DNA of 59,655 nt, counting the filler, from Catajapyx aquilonaris (taxonomy: Eukaryota), in NCBI GenBank assembly GCA_000934665.2. It is 2 parts of 2 records of this genome, joined end to end, with 100 filler letters (N's around TTAATTAATTAA, not from the genome) between each part and the next. Parts side by side here need not be neighbours in the genome. Positions count along the whole stretch, not along the records: positions 1 to 29,788 come from KZ539205.1; 1 more part is not named here. One strand, 5' to 3'. Both the position numbers and the translations under genes were made by a program. Shown one piece after another: positions 13,525 through 25,977 of the stretch; position 1 is the stretch's first letter, and each line of letters begins with the position of its first letter. The notes under the pieces were generated by a model. That model saw only the letters and a list, made by a program, of their open reading frames with translations. It did not search any database and was not told the origin of the DNA.

Positions 13525-16500
13525 GGCTTCGGGTAGTCCTTTGTCTGCTGCTGCTGCTTCAGAAGGTGGTCGGGTCTGAGGAACAGAAAGTTGAAAATGG
13601 TGACTCGTTTGGTAAACTGTCATGTGAAGGGACAGCTGGAAAAGCGAGAGACAAAAAAAAAAATAGCAAAATTTGTTCCCAGAAGCCCTTTACGAAGAAT
13701 CCGGGGAGAGGATTGTCCCGATTGCCTCCTACGGATTTTCCGGGATTTGAACCTGGAGCCAGATTCGATCGTCTTGGGGATTTATCCACCATCAGTGCTG
13801 GATCACATGGGGACATTGGGAAGACGGAATTTTTCAATTGTTACTACCTTCCAATGGATTTCCTCCACGGATTATTTTATTTTGTTGTCTCGTTCCTGGA
13901 ATATATAGGTGCTCTCAGATTATCATAGAATAGGATTGCATAGGCCTTTCAGGCTGTTTGGATATGTCTTTGTTTTGAAAGATGATCATGTCACCAGAGT
14001 TGCATTGAAAATATTGTCGCAGGATATTTTAACGCAAGAAGTCAAAAATGTTTGTGACGCCACTGAGCCATATCGTGGTGTAAAATGTTGTGAGAGCCAA
14101 TGTCATACTCTGGAAAACATTTTTGGGGGCCACCGAATTATTTTAGTTCCCTGCAACATGAGGGATAAACCACTGGCTTTTAAAATTGGTGAAACTTGGT
14201 TACCCGTTTATGTGTTACATTGTCAATAATTTCCTTTGATAAGCCCCTCCTAGTTGAATTGCTTAAACCATTGTTATGCTGAGTGTAAGGTAATGATGTC
14301 ATTATCTTCACACGAAAAATTTGCAGCAAAATTCTATTAAGCATGGTGTGCAGGATAAAGTAAAAATTATATTAGCTACTATCACAAGTGTGAACACAAA
14401 TTACCTCTATTGCTGTTGCACGGCACTTTTATCTTGCAAATTAATTTTTCGAAGCGTAACTCCTGTTTTAATCATTTGCTTTGTTGGCAAAGGGAGGAAG
14501 CACACTCACCTCATTCAGTTGGCGAATTCGCGTAATGTCAACTTATTGCGCCATGCCACTGTTATTTTCTAGTTTTCCTTGCATTTCACAACATACATTT
14601 TATATGGCGTACTTTTAAAAACATTAGAATCCTGCATAATTTGAGCAGTACTATTATTGAAATTCTACATGAGATATTGTAAATCAGCTGGCACCTTGAA
14701 TTGGGCACCGTAACACTTATTTGGAAAGTGATCCGATGGCATGAAATAAGCCACTGGCAGGTGATTGTTACTTTCTTATCGAAGAGTTATCTGCAGAATA
14801 GCCGCAGTAATGTGTATTAATCACTATTATGACTTGTTATTTCTGATGGGATCTTCTAATGCAGAGACTCACGCGTTTGTAAATACATCCTGTAGTTAAC
14901 AACTGTAAATAGACATATATCTACGGATTTGTTCATTAGTGTTCCGAGTCAACACGATGTAATATTTACCGATGTGTTTTCGGAAAAGGCTCATGAAAAT
15001 ATGCGAAGTACTGAAACAATTACATTCGTGCTTATTTTTTTTCGATTAGTACTAAACTAATAAAATGCTAAAGTATTTTCGGATCGGGATCGGGATCGAA
15101 TTGGGTCCTCATCAGAAGTGTAACGGCTAACAGCAACTATAACTTACTACACCACCCTGCCGCACTAACAATATTTGACTAATGCACGAGTTCAAGTCCA
15201 TGCAGATCCTTTCCTGGAAATTATGGTCGCACTCGCATGATTACAGTGTACATTATCCTGATGCAAAATTTGTAACGTTAACCATGCATTTGTAAATTTC
15301 CGTGTACAATGTATAACTTATTGCCAGACTTAGGTTTTTTGCTAATCATAATTTCGTGTCAACTATTTATACCTTACTGTCGTGTGCGTCATTTCATGAG
15401 GCCTATACTAGTGTGACTGTGTGATATCTTTTTGTGTTTCTATTTTATTGGCTATATTTTATTTTTCTTGCATTTTGATGTAAACTTGTGGCACTAAGGG
15501 TAATTTTTCAGTAGTATTGCCAGTTACAATAATGTGTATGTCCAGTGCTCAAATTAATTTACATAGACCATGTGCCGAAAACAAAGAGAGCACCATGTAA
15601 AAGGTATATAGGTGACAGACATGTCAACATAAGCATTTTTTGCCTGTAGAACACTTATTTTGTTTATCTGGCCTATCTGACAAATGAATTTTTAAAAAGC
15701 TTATATTAAATGTATAACATCAACGACTAGCCTACATCTGTAATTATATGTCGGCGCGTTGTGATATGTAAGATTTCTTAAGCCTGAATTTGTGTGGAAA
15801 TTTAAAAAAGCAAATATTAATATTTTCAATGCCATATCATAACAGTTAACGTGCTTCATTGAGATTGTTTTGCTCAGCAGCTCCCTATAGTTGCTTTACA
15901 AATGTCATCCTAGCTACAATATGTTACAATAACACTGGTTATCACTGAATAGTATAAGTTACGTGAGTGTGCGCGTAAAATAATGCTCTATTCCTTTTGT
16001 GAATAATATTGTTGATGCTATAACACTTTTCATTTTTTTTTAGATATCAGCTCAGAAGTGATATTTTAACATGTTATGTAAATTTTACATGCCTGCAATG
16101 CTCGTTTTCGGAGCTGGATGGTATTGTTGAAACTTAAGCTGATATTTTATGCAGGTGACAGTTGTAACCGTGTAACTTTGTTAATGTTGTTATGGTACAA
16201 GATAATGGGGTTAATTCATCAGTATGGCGCAATGACATAACATGATTTAGGCAGAGAAAAATGGGTAAATCGTTCTGTATAATGTACACTCATTTTTCAT
16301 GATAATACCCGTAAGTGGTTAGAATTCAATGATTTTGCGCTTCTGTGACGTGCAAATGTTTCAGAGTCACTAGGGGCATAATAATCTTCCTGGATGCTAG
16401 GGTTGTGTGAATTATATTTGTAAGTTGTGATTAATCATTATGTTTATTCATGTAATAATAATTAAAAATTTCATTGTATTTAGGTCACCATATAATATTC

Positions 16501-16843
16501 CATGCAGGGTGTTCCTGCTGCAATGATCTTATTGGTGATCAATTTTTGCCACTACTAAATTGTGCGTTCTATGAGAAACCCACATACACTGCAAGTAACC
16601 AGCACACTGTGTAACGCCACAGAGAAAACCGGAAGGGACTAATAAACAACAACAACATGCTGAATCTGAACTGTCTCATAAAACGTTAAAAAAAACGGCC
16701 AATAAACCGTGATATAAGGACCGGTGTAAACAATGGACCACCAGGAAGAGGCTGGTAGAAACTCCATTAACCGGAAGACATGTGACGACCGGAAAGGACT
16801 AGTGTCACCATCACTCTATACACATACACTAGCTCCTACTCAC

Positions 16844-17115
16844 CAGATCGTGTTGCTCCACCGATTGATCTCAAGTCCACATCCGTCCAGATCGGTCCAT
16901 GAGATGCGACAATGGGAGGGAGACAGAAGAGTCGACCGTGGCTCTTAGTGGTAATGATGGACTGGAAGATGCTGCGAGATGAGGGTACTCTGATGGTGGA
17001 GGGGTGGATGGGGGTGGGGGGGGTGTTGAGATATGGACAAAAAGTGGGAGGCGCATGCGTTGTGACGTCACTGGAGTGGGCGTGTCCCGCATGGCGATCC
17101 GGGCGCCCAATGAGA
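16844..17115 (-). promoter_or_regulatory. Candidate Drgx promoter and non-coding first exon
   Basis: Minus-strand donor CTG|gtgagt with the exon ending at 16844. Upstream CpG-rich cluster: NRF1-like GCGCATGCGT (17051-17060), palindromic CRE GTGACGTCAC (17062-17071), GC box GGGCGTGTC (17078-17086) and CCAAT (17107-17111). Confidence 0.55.
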
Positions 17116-17929
17116 CGGGGGCGCGCCTCATGCCCGATTGTTTTAACGACTAAACTGATTACTTACAGTTGACGTGGAGCGGAGGGGCCAATTTTTCCCG
17201 ACGGCGCGTGAAACGCCCCTCTACATTTTTTGGGGGAGGGGGAAGAAGAGGAGGGGTCAGGGTGGGGATTCGGAGGGTTTCTTCAGTTCTATATACATTT
17301 GCAGGGGTTTTTTTTTTAACGCGAGATTGAATCAAGAGGCGCCGTTCTGTCCAACCATCATCCTGTATAGGGATACAGGAGATGTGTGCTACAGATACAA
17401 GTGTATGCATGATAGAGTACAATACTGCAAAAAAGACATGATCTATCATGCCATGCCATGACATTTATTAGTTACAAATCATGGGACAAATAGGGTTAAA
17501 TAAATATACAAATTATGGGACCAACAAGGGGTTAAATATATAAAAGAATGTTCTATCTCACAATAAGGAACATCCATTTATGAAACAGAGTGTAGCATGT
17601 ATAGTTCAATATGAATATTCAGTAAGAAAGCGTGGGTTCATTCGATTATTGTGATGCAGTGCAGATTTATTTATGGGCTGAAGGTATACAGTAGGCCTAC
17701 TAATAGCTATTTCAGTTCCAGTGAATTGTACAGTATACGGCATAAAGGTTTTTCTCGGGAGGGTTTTAAATAGACTTCCATAGCTTAATCAGATCACAGA
17801 AGCTTACTCCATGGTATTAACTTGCCTGTATATAGCCTATGTGACACGTTATTACAGGCAGTACGTCATGTTCAGAAGTCGTATTATCGCAATGCGTTAT
17901 AGGCTACATTTTTAGCTAAATAACATTAA

Positions 17930-18114
17930 CAGCGTTTCTCAACCGGGGTTCCATGAGAAATAATCATGAATAGCCTAATGATATAAAATGTATTTTTGAG
18001 TCGTTAATTGATATACTGCATCATATAATAAGCTTATAATAATTTTTAGGGGGTTCTCTGAGACGTGAACATTATTTCAAGGGTTTTACGTGGGTAAAAA
18101 GGTTGAAAACGCTG
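17930..18114. mobile_element. hAT-like MITE
   Basis: Ends cagcgtttctcaacc / ggttgaaaacgctg, with subterminal ggggttc repeats. The TSD is unclear. Confidence 0.6.
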
Positions 18115-18873
18115 TATGTAAATATTCTGGGTGACAGCAGGAGATATTTGACCCTATATACACCCAATGCCACTGATTGGGGACATGAGAAAATGACAGT
18201 TTTGGGGGCAGGTCCCAACAGCGTGATTGTGCGTGGCATGTGGGGTAAGGCCGTATAAGGGTGATGAAGAGGCCCAAGGGTAAAATCTGCTGAAGGTATG
18301 TTCTTGTTACTTGTTTTTTAAAGATATATTTCTTACCTTCATCCTGGAAGTACGTTAACCACTACGCCAGTATTGCGTCGCCTGTTGCCGGCATGGAAGG
18401 GGCTTAACTCCATCATGTCACCCAAGTTCTAATCTGACACTGAGCACATGTCTTTGTTCTCATGTGTAAGAAGAGGAGTGTCCTGGACTTCATACTCCTG
18501 ATATTATATTCAATTCAAACCAAGAATAAGTACTGTACAATAAAGGTATCACTAAACTCATTGAGGCTTATATGGACACACCTACATTTGGTGATCGAAA
18601 CCATACCTAGACGGTATATACCACGCAGATCTACATTCTCCTGGAAGATATCCTACAACTGACAACCACATATACTTTATGTTATGTACTATATACATGT
18701 ATGTCTAAAGGGTGGTCCGTTAACTGCCGGCTTAGCCTGAGGCCTGTCTGCTAGAACAGTTTTGGAATGCGATAAAAATTAAGTCTTGACTAATTAATTG
18801 ATTTTCTCATTGGCATTGTAAAGAATGTCTTGCTGCAAATTACACGTTTCGAAACTCTGCTTGACAGGAACCT

Positions 18874-18911
<38 letters not shown>

Positions 18912-19182
18912 CAACAACAACAACAACAATTCATACCACGTTATCAGCCTTTTTCGGCTCTTTGGGGGGGAGGGGGGTTTGTTTTGCCTGGAACTCTTTG
19001 CTTTTCACTTTTTTACTGTGCTCTTTGGGATATGATATAGGGACGGAAGGAAGCGGCTGTGGCCTATTAATTACGGAAGCAACTCCGGAATTTTCCTGGA
19101 AGGACCGTGGGAAACCAAGAAAACCACGGTCAGAGTTGCCGGCCCCGGGATTTGATCCCAGGACCTCCCGATTAGCAGTCGG
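18874..19182 (-). mobile_element. SINE family A, 5'-truncated, with a (TTG)n(TTA)n tail
   Basis: Near-identical to 35858-36100 (ggaaggaagcggctgtggcctattaattacgg...). Confidence 0.88.
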
Positions 19183-20917
19183 TACTATTATATACAGTCA
19201 GTGAGTCAGGACTATACAGTGTATAGTCAGGTCGGACCGGTTATACTTGGGCATAATGTTTAAAAAGTGACTTTTCATTGAATTGAAATACTGTGTACAG
19301 TACTGCATATTATGCTTTTGAAATCTTCATAATCTGAGAACCCCTCCTGTAGTTTCTTCCGATAGTCTGATGTGCATGAGTACTAGAAAAATTAAAACTT
19401 TGATGATTACTTTGAGAAGCTCGGAAATTGCGCACAATATTTTTAATGCTTGAGATGTTAATGTACAAGTATACGAGTATATCGTATACAAGTATATCGT
19501 ATAGTGTTGACAAAATGTGCGTACGTGCATTTTCATGTTGTCCCAATACGAGTATGAATATTAATGCGCTAACCTAATGCACAGACTTGTGTTTATGCGG
19601 CAAAGAAACTCTGTGTAGGCTTCACAAACGGGCTTTAGGCAGCAATGGGACAAAGGTCGCAACATATTATCCGCTCATATGTATATTGAATGCAAGTGAT
19701 CAGAGATTGACCTTATAATGTGGCATCAGCCATTTTCCTCTCCTGAAAATTTGACTCTTTATTAGCTTACACCCCTTACTCCGGGACCACAGACACATTG
19801 ACATCCTCTGATACCTAATGGGTCCCAATGCACCAGTGGTGGTTCTATACTTAGGACAGTCGCGACTCGACCTTTTTAACATGATGCAAAAGCCGCTGAC
19901 ATAAATTATGTTCCAGAATTTGGTCACATTAGCTTTTAGATAACATTTGACTGAATCCTACATGTCATGAAAAGTTTGCCAATTGTGACCTGTCAAGCGC
20001 CAATGTTAGGCGGATCTACAGCAGGAGGATTTTTGTCCGAAACTTTTTAACTCGCTCTATTTGCTAATACCCCACGTAGCTTAAGCAATAAAATCACTTG
20101 TCAGAAACTGTAAGGTATTGATGACATAATGCCGGCTCAGTCGAATCAGATACTGTGGCTGTCAGGCAGACAAATGACTGTCAAGTGAAAGTCTTGCGGA
20201 TTGATTGCCCGAGACACATGTCCCAGAGCTCATTATAGACACATCCGTGCTAGTCAGTCCCCCCTCTTCAAAAAAAAATAAAGTATAAAAAATCCCCCCC
20301 CCTCCTTCCCCATTCCCTCCCCCCTTTCCCCTATACCATAAGCTAAGCCAGAGCCCCATCAAAAAGCCGTCTCTTGGCGGCTCCTGTAATCGAGTTCTGC
20401 GGGAAACTTTTATTTTAGCCGCGCCAATGCTATTAGGCCCCTCCAAAAAGAAGAGCCCTCGGCTAGCCATCCTATTTTTTTATGTCCTACCCCCCCCTTC
20501 AAGTTCCCATAATGCCACGGATTATTATTCTCATGCAGGAGGAACGATCTTGGGAGGCGAACCAAACTTATTCAACCCCTGTTTTTTTTTTTAACTTATT
20601 AGGCTGTGGGTGCAGGGCACTACAATGGGGCAATTATTATGCTGAAATTATGCTGAATTATTATTATGCTATGGATATCAGCTAGTGCGAATAACAGCAA
20701 CTATTATTTGTGTTTCATCCTGGTATGATGCAACCCAACGAACATGCTGCAATTGGGAATACGTAGGTCCCTACCTAAATATTTCAAAGTCCTTAACCAT
20801 GCTTAATGGTAGTTGTTATCAGAGAATATACAACAGATCACACTGTTTTATCAATTTCGTGTAATATTCAATTCACAGATTATGCAGATAACTCAAGAGT
20901 TGGGGGGGGGGGGGGGG

Positions 20918-21001
20918 NNNNNNNNNNNNNNNNNNNNNNNNNNNNNNNNNNNNNNNNNNNNNNNNNNNNNNNNNNNNNNNNNNNNNNNNNNNNNNNNNNN
21001 N
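20918..21001. other. Assembly gap following a poly-G run
   Basis: 84 N preceded by a G16 homopolymer. Confidence 0.95.
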
Positions 21002-24000
21002 GTGTGGGAGAGAGGAGGGGGGGAGCAATGATGCGATATTCGCCTCATAGTCGGAGGCATCGCCATTCAAAATGCATGGCGGGGCCTAATAAATGTCGGA
21101 AGCGATCGGGCTGATGGGAGTGGGGGGAGGGTAGGGGTTTCAGGGAGGGGGGGAAGGTTGGTAGAGGGTATAGGATGGGATGGGGGGTGGTTAGAAATCG
21201 ATATCAAGCATCCTTATATTTACCCCCGAGAATGCCCCGGGGCCAAATGGTGGTTGGGAGGCACATCTGTGACGACACATTCTACCCCTCACAGGGTCCC
21301 ATGACCATCCCAATTCTTCACTCCAGTGTTCCTTAATTGGCCCGAGAGGATATTATGCACTTAGGCAGCATGTTTGGACCCCTCTTCTCTCCCCACCCTC
21401 TTCACCCTCACCCCCAGTCTGTTGTTGGGTCCGAGCCGCCTCAGTTTTGAAACCCCACTTGCTTCCCGCCAAAAGGGGAGGGGGGGGGGGTGACTAAATA
21501 TTGACATCAATCGTAACTTGTAATTTGGTTTTTGTGGGGATGTAATTGGACTGATAAGGCAGTCATGTCATGACGACCATTGTAATGTCGTTATGCTGGC
21601 GGACGGTCTCAATCATCGGGGTAGGAGAGAAATTGCTGGTATAAGTCATCCTGAAGATGTGAGAGCGTCAGTACGAATCCTTCAGAAAACGTGCATTTCA
21701 AATTTAGTGTGTCTTTTCACGGCCCAGGTGACCTTACCCAATGGGAGGTGGACCAATTATGAAAATGTTCCATATATTGGAAATTTGAATTTAGCGTTGA
21801 GTTGATGATGCCTGTGACCATCATTAACACACTATGAGTAAAGTCAATCTGACCAAACCCTTGTTTTCTGACAATCCGACTATTCGTATGCACTAAAACG
21901 CCTCCGTCATGTGTCGGATTTTCGGAATGAGCAGCGTACGCCATCTACTGAATATTTTTTTCGTCCTTATTCCGTCATTTTATATAGTAAACCTCACATG
22001 TGATGACCCTTTGTCGTATGTGCCAACTGGATGAACAATGTGCTGCCTTCAGCGTGTACCATCTATAGTGGCAGTCCAAAAGTGGTCTAGTGGGTCCCAG
22101 GGCATGGGGGGCTGGCCGGCCCGAGCCCGCCGATGCTTCATCTAAGGGAATTAGCCCAAATGACAATTTAATGTAATTTACACGGCGTTATTACGGCTCT
22201 TAATTGAGTCTGTGCGGTCTAACCCGATTAGCCGCCGAATTAAGCTGACAAATTGAACTTGAAATGCGAGGCTCCGGGGAAGAGAGGAGGGGGTAAGGGG
22301 AGAGGACCGGGGGAGAGGGTAGGAGGAAGGGAAAGGACCGCTGCTGCTTCTAGTAATCTTGTTGCAACTATATCTGGCAACATCTGCTTGAGCTCCCCTT
22401 TATTACCAATTGGGAAAATGTACCCCCCCCCCCCCCTTCACCCACATTTTTTTTATGTTGGGTCCAGATGACGTCAACTGATTTAGAGCAAAAATTAAGG
22501 GGCGTATAGCAGTCGATTAAACGGTTAAGACAAATGGTGTAGGGTTCTGTATGTGCCGGCCATTTAATGAGGCTGTGACGTAATAGCGTTACAGGTAGGG
22601 GGTAGGCCTAATACGGCTATAATTTCTAGACCATAATTCAGTTACGCATGATTACGAAACTTTGTTAATAAACTAACGTGAGCGCATAGGGTCAATTTTT
22701 GTACCGTAGTTATAATATTGAGCTTAATTGCCTCTGATTATGTTAACAGTCGCTATAACAGTCCGGCACTGTTGAATTAGTGGTCCTTGTTTGTGTCGAG
22801 AGAAAAATGTGGCAGGAATGGAAACATCGACAGGTCCAAAAAAAAAAAAAAAACGTTGTTACTATAACTGGCACTCGAAAGTTCAATAGTCAGTAATGCA
22901 ATTACAACCTGATAAAAGTTGTGGCGGATGCTTCTGTAGGTGGAAGTGTAGGCTATGTACTATATGTTCCAAAAACTTTTGGCCACTTCGTCCTGGCTCT
23001 TTCGTTCATCCTGGGCTTGAAGCAACCCGTCGCACACGCCTTGGGGATCGTGTGCAATGGGTCAGGACGAAGTGACCAAAAGTTTTTGGAACACATAGTA
23101 CATGTAGTTAAAAGTGTAAGCAAAAATGTAGTGAACTGAAAATTTTGTAACGTTACACATTTTTTTAAAAAATTGATATTGACAGAGAATAAGCAATTTT
23201 GTTCCGGGTACTATTCCGGGCTTGAAGCAACCCTTCGCACAGGCCCCACGGTGAGGAGGTACACACACACACACTTCCTCACCGTGGGGCATGTGCGAAG
23301 GGTTGCTTCAAGACCAGGATAAAGTACATTAGTACGTACTTGAAGGTATTGTACAGGGTGTTCTAAAATATTTTTAAATATGTAAAAATTGATATTGACA
23401 GAAAATTAGTCATTTCGTTCCGGGTACAGATACTGTACAGGGTGTCCGAAAAGTCAGGCCAGTTCCATATCTGGATCGTGGACACCAGAGACTTGAGATG
23501 CAGGTCAGGTCATAGGGTGCCCCCCTCCCTTTACCCCCAAAAAAGGGGGTTGATGCAGGTTGGGCAGTGTGCGTGTTGAGCAGGTGTGGGTTTTGTAGGG
23601 GGGTAGGGAAGGGGGAGTGGACTAGAGTGTGTAGCGATGGGAGAGGGGAGAGTGGGAGGTGTCCCTTGAGAGGGGGCCAGGTCTGCTTTTTGGCGGCGGA
23701 TGAAAGTTTAATGCGAGTAATCGAATTGGGGGCGGCGGGCGATGCAGACGAGGCCGGGCCTTGCATTAGGCCTAACCACGTTAGGCGGGTAAATACGACG
23801 TTACGGCGCAAAGGAGCTTGCAGCAAATTGGCAAAAGGTGGGCGAGCGGGGGAAAAGAGAGAAGATGGGTAGGATCTGGGGGGGAAGGGGGGGATAGAAG
23901 GGGGTGGACTAGCTGATTGCATTGCCTCCCCTTTTGATGTGGCGGCCTGATTTCCCCTCCTTCCTCCCTATACCCCTCCTACTATTCCTCCCCAATTTTA

Positions 24001-24247
24001 GAATGGTGCCTTCTTCACTGGGGTATTTCCAAGCATGCGTTGTTTCCAAGCCCGCAGTACGGGATCCGCATGGTGACAAAGGGGAGTGGATGATCTGTAA
24101 TCGGATCATCATTTGGGGGATTTTACAACGTGTTGGAGGTGGGTGGAAAACATGGGCACTTGGATTGCAAGGTGGGATGGACATCTCGAGCCGATTGAAA
24201 AGGGGGTTAGAAACATTTAAAGTTGCATTTTAGGCCGTTTGCGTTAT

Positions 24248-24360
24248 CCTCCTGAGACCCCTGGTATAGTATACTGTACCTTTGTTTTTTCCAGCACCTT
24301 CTGACTAATTCAAACGCGTAAAAAAAGGTGATTGAACGGTGTACTAGGGGTCTCAGGAGG
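24248..24360. mobile_element. 113-bp piggyBac-like MITE with a TTAT TSD
   Basis: TIR cctcctgagacccct / aggggtctcaggagg, with TTAT directly repeated on both flanks. Confidence 0.75.
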
Positions 24361-25553
24361 TTATGCAGGAGGTCAATATTTGCAAGGCAATACGCAATAC
24401 GAATCGTTTGGTGTCAAAATCATCCACCTCCTTTTCTTGACAATTCAACATTGAAAGAAAAACTGCGAATTTGCACATGTAAAATTATTAGGATATTTCG
24501 GTACAAAAACTTCTACTACTGCATAGCCAACAGAAAACAGTCATTCTTGAATCATCACATTGACACCCGCATTACGGTATATGCTGAGAATCACATACCC
24601 GCATTTCCATGCAATTTTTGCAATGAACTTTACATTTTGGGTGAAAAACGTGTCATGTGCACTTGTTATTAGTCTTATATCTTTTCTAGAGAACCCGGAA
24701 ATTCTGAAGTATTTAATAATAATGCATCTGGAAATAATCTGCTTCAATTAGTTTTGGCCACTTTATCCTGGTCTTGAAGAAACCCTTCGCAAAGGCCCCA
24801 CGGTGAGCAGGTGTGTGCTCGCGAAGAATTGCTTCAAGACCAGGATAAAGTGGCCAAAACTTATTGAGACAGATTGTACAGTATACATGTATGATATACA
24901 GGGTGTTCGCCAATTCATCTGTCAATATGATAGTCTACGCCTCTACCGCTCTACGGGTTGTAGGGGGTTGGTAATTGGTATGCTAAAGGGCCTGCCATAG
25001 GTCCGAAAGGCCGGCACAATCCGTTTTGGAGATTTCGACCTTTGACATCGACGATGATGTCTATCCTGACAAGTATGGATACCAACGTGCATATCTGCAT
25101 TGCAGGTTGCCGGTGGCCAGGCGCTGACCCCACACAGTTGCTCTGAAAGCGACCTGGCCCGGCAACCAGCAATACAGGCATGTACGGATACGTGTCAGGA
25201 TATACATTAGCCGTGCATGTACTGCACTGTACTGCCAGGTTTGCAATATACCTCGTAGTTATAGTAAGATTCGTGTCGGCAGTTTCGGTCGATTTTCGTA
25301 GGGCAAATGAACCATTTTATGACCGTGTCAGTGTCGTAATATTTAATATGACTGTCCTATATGCCTCATGGCATTTGATGTATAGAGAAATATTGTTAGC
25401 TGTTCTTTCTTCCATTTGGTTTTTTCCTTGTAACCTAATGTATTGTGATGTGTATACGCTAAGAAACGAAATTCATCCTGGTGGCGCAATACCAGCACTC
25501 AAAAACTGAATAATGGTCGCATTACAAGTCATCGCCATGATGATACTGGTATA

Positions 25554-25977
25554 CAGGGTGTATCTGAACTCAGTGCCCCGACGTATATGACTGCCTTCCT
25601 AGCCACCAGAGGATCGATTTAAGTATAGGAATCATTATGTTTGGCCGCCGCATTACGGAGATACACTCTTTAGCGATTTTTGCCTAATCGCTCCTTCTGA
25701 CTTTTAAATAGAATTTTCTGGTGTAACTAGCCAAAGAGGCCTTACCACCTGTGGGCAACAAACCAACAAAGTCCCTCCCCCAGACCTTCCAGAACCTTCT
25801 GACTGGGGAAGGGTTCGATGGGTGGCCTAACCGACAGGATATTTTGTACTACATGTTTGCGGCCAATTATCTCCGTAATGCGGCGGCCAAACATAATGAT
25901 TCCTATACTTAAATCGATCCTCTGGTGGCTAGGAAGGCAGTCATATACGTCGGGGCACTGAGTTCAGATACACCCTG
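25554..25977. mobile_element. Young Tc1/mariner-type MITE
   Basis: 110-bp perfect TIRs starting cagggtgtatctgaactc, with a TA target-site duplication. Confidence 0.92.

Noticed and set aside
13320..13928. 202-aa plus-strand ORF with an apparent hydrophobic stretch
   Set aside because: It is the antisense shadow of Drgx exon 1 and its GC-rich flank, begins with a GTG codon, and has no recognisable domain.
21650..21700. CTGAAGA...GAAA hammerhead-like spacing (a similar case lies at about 18260)
   Set aside because: Stem II does not pair here, and the core boxes are mutated at 18260.
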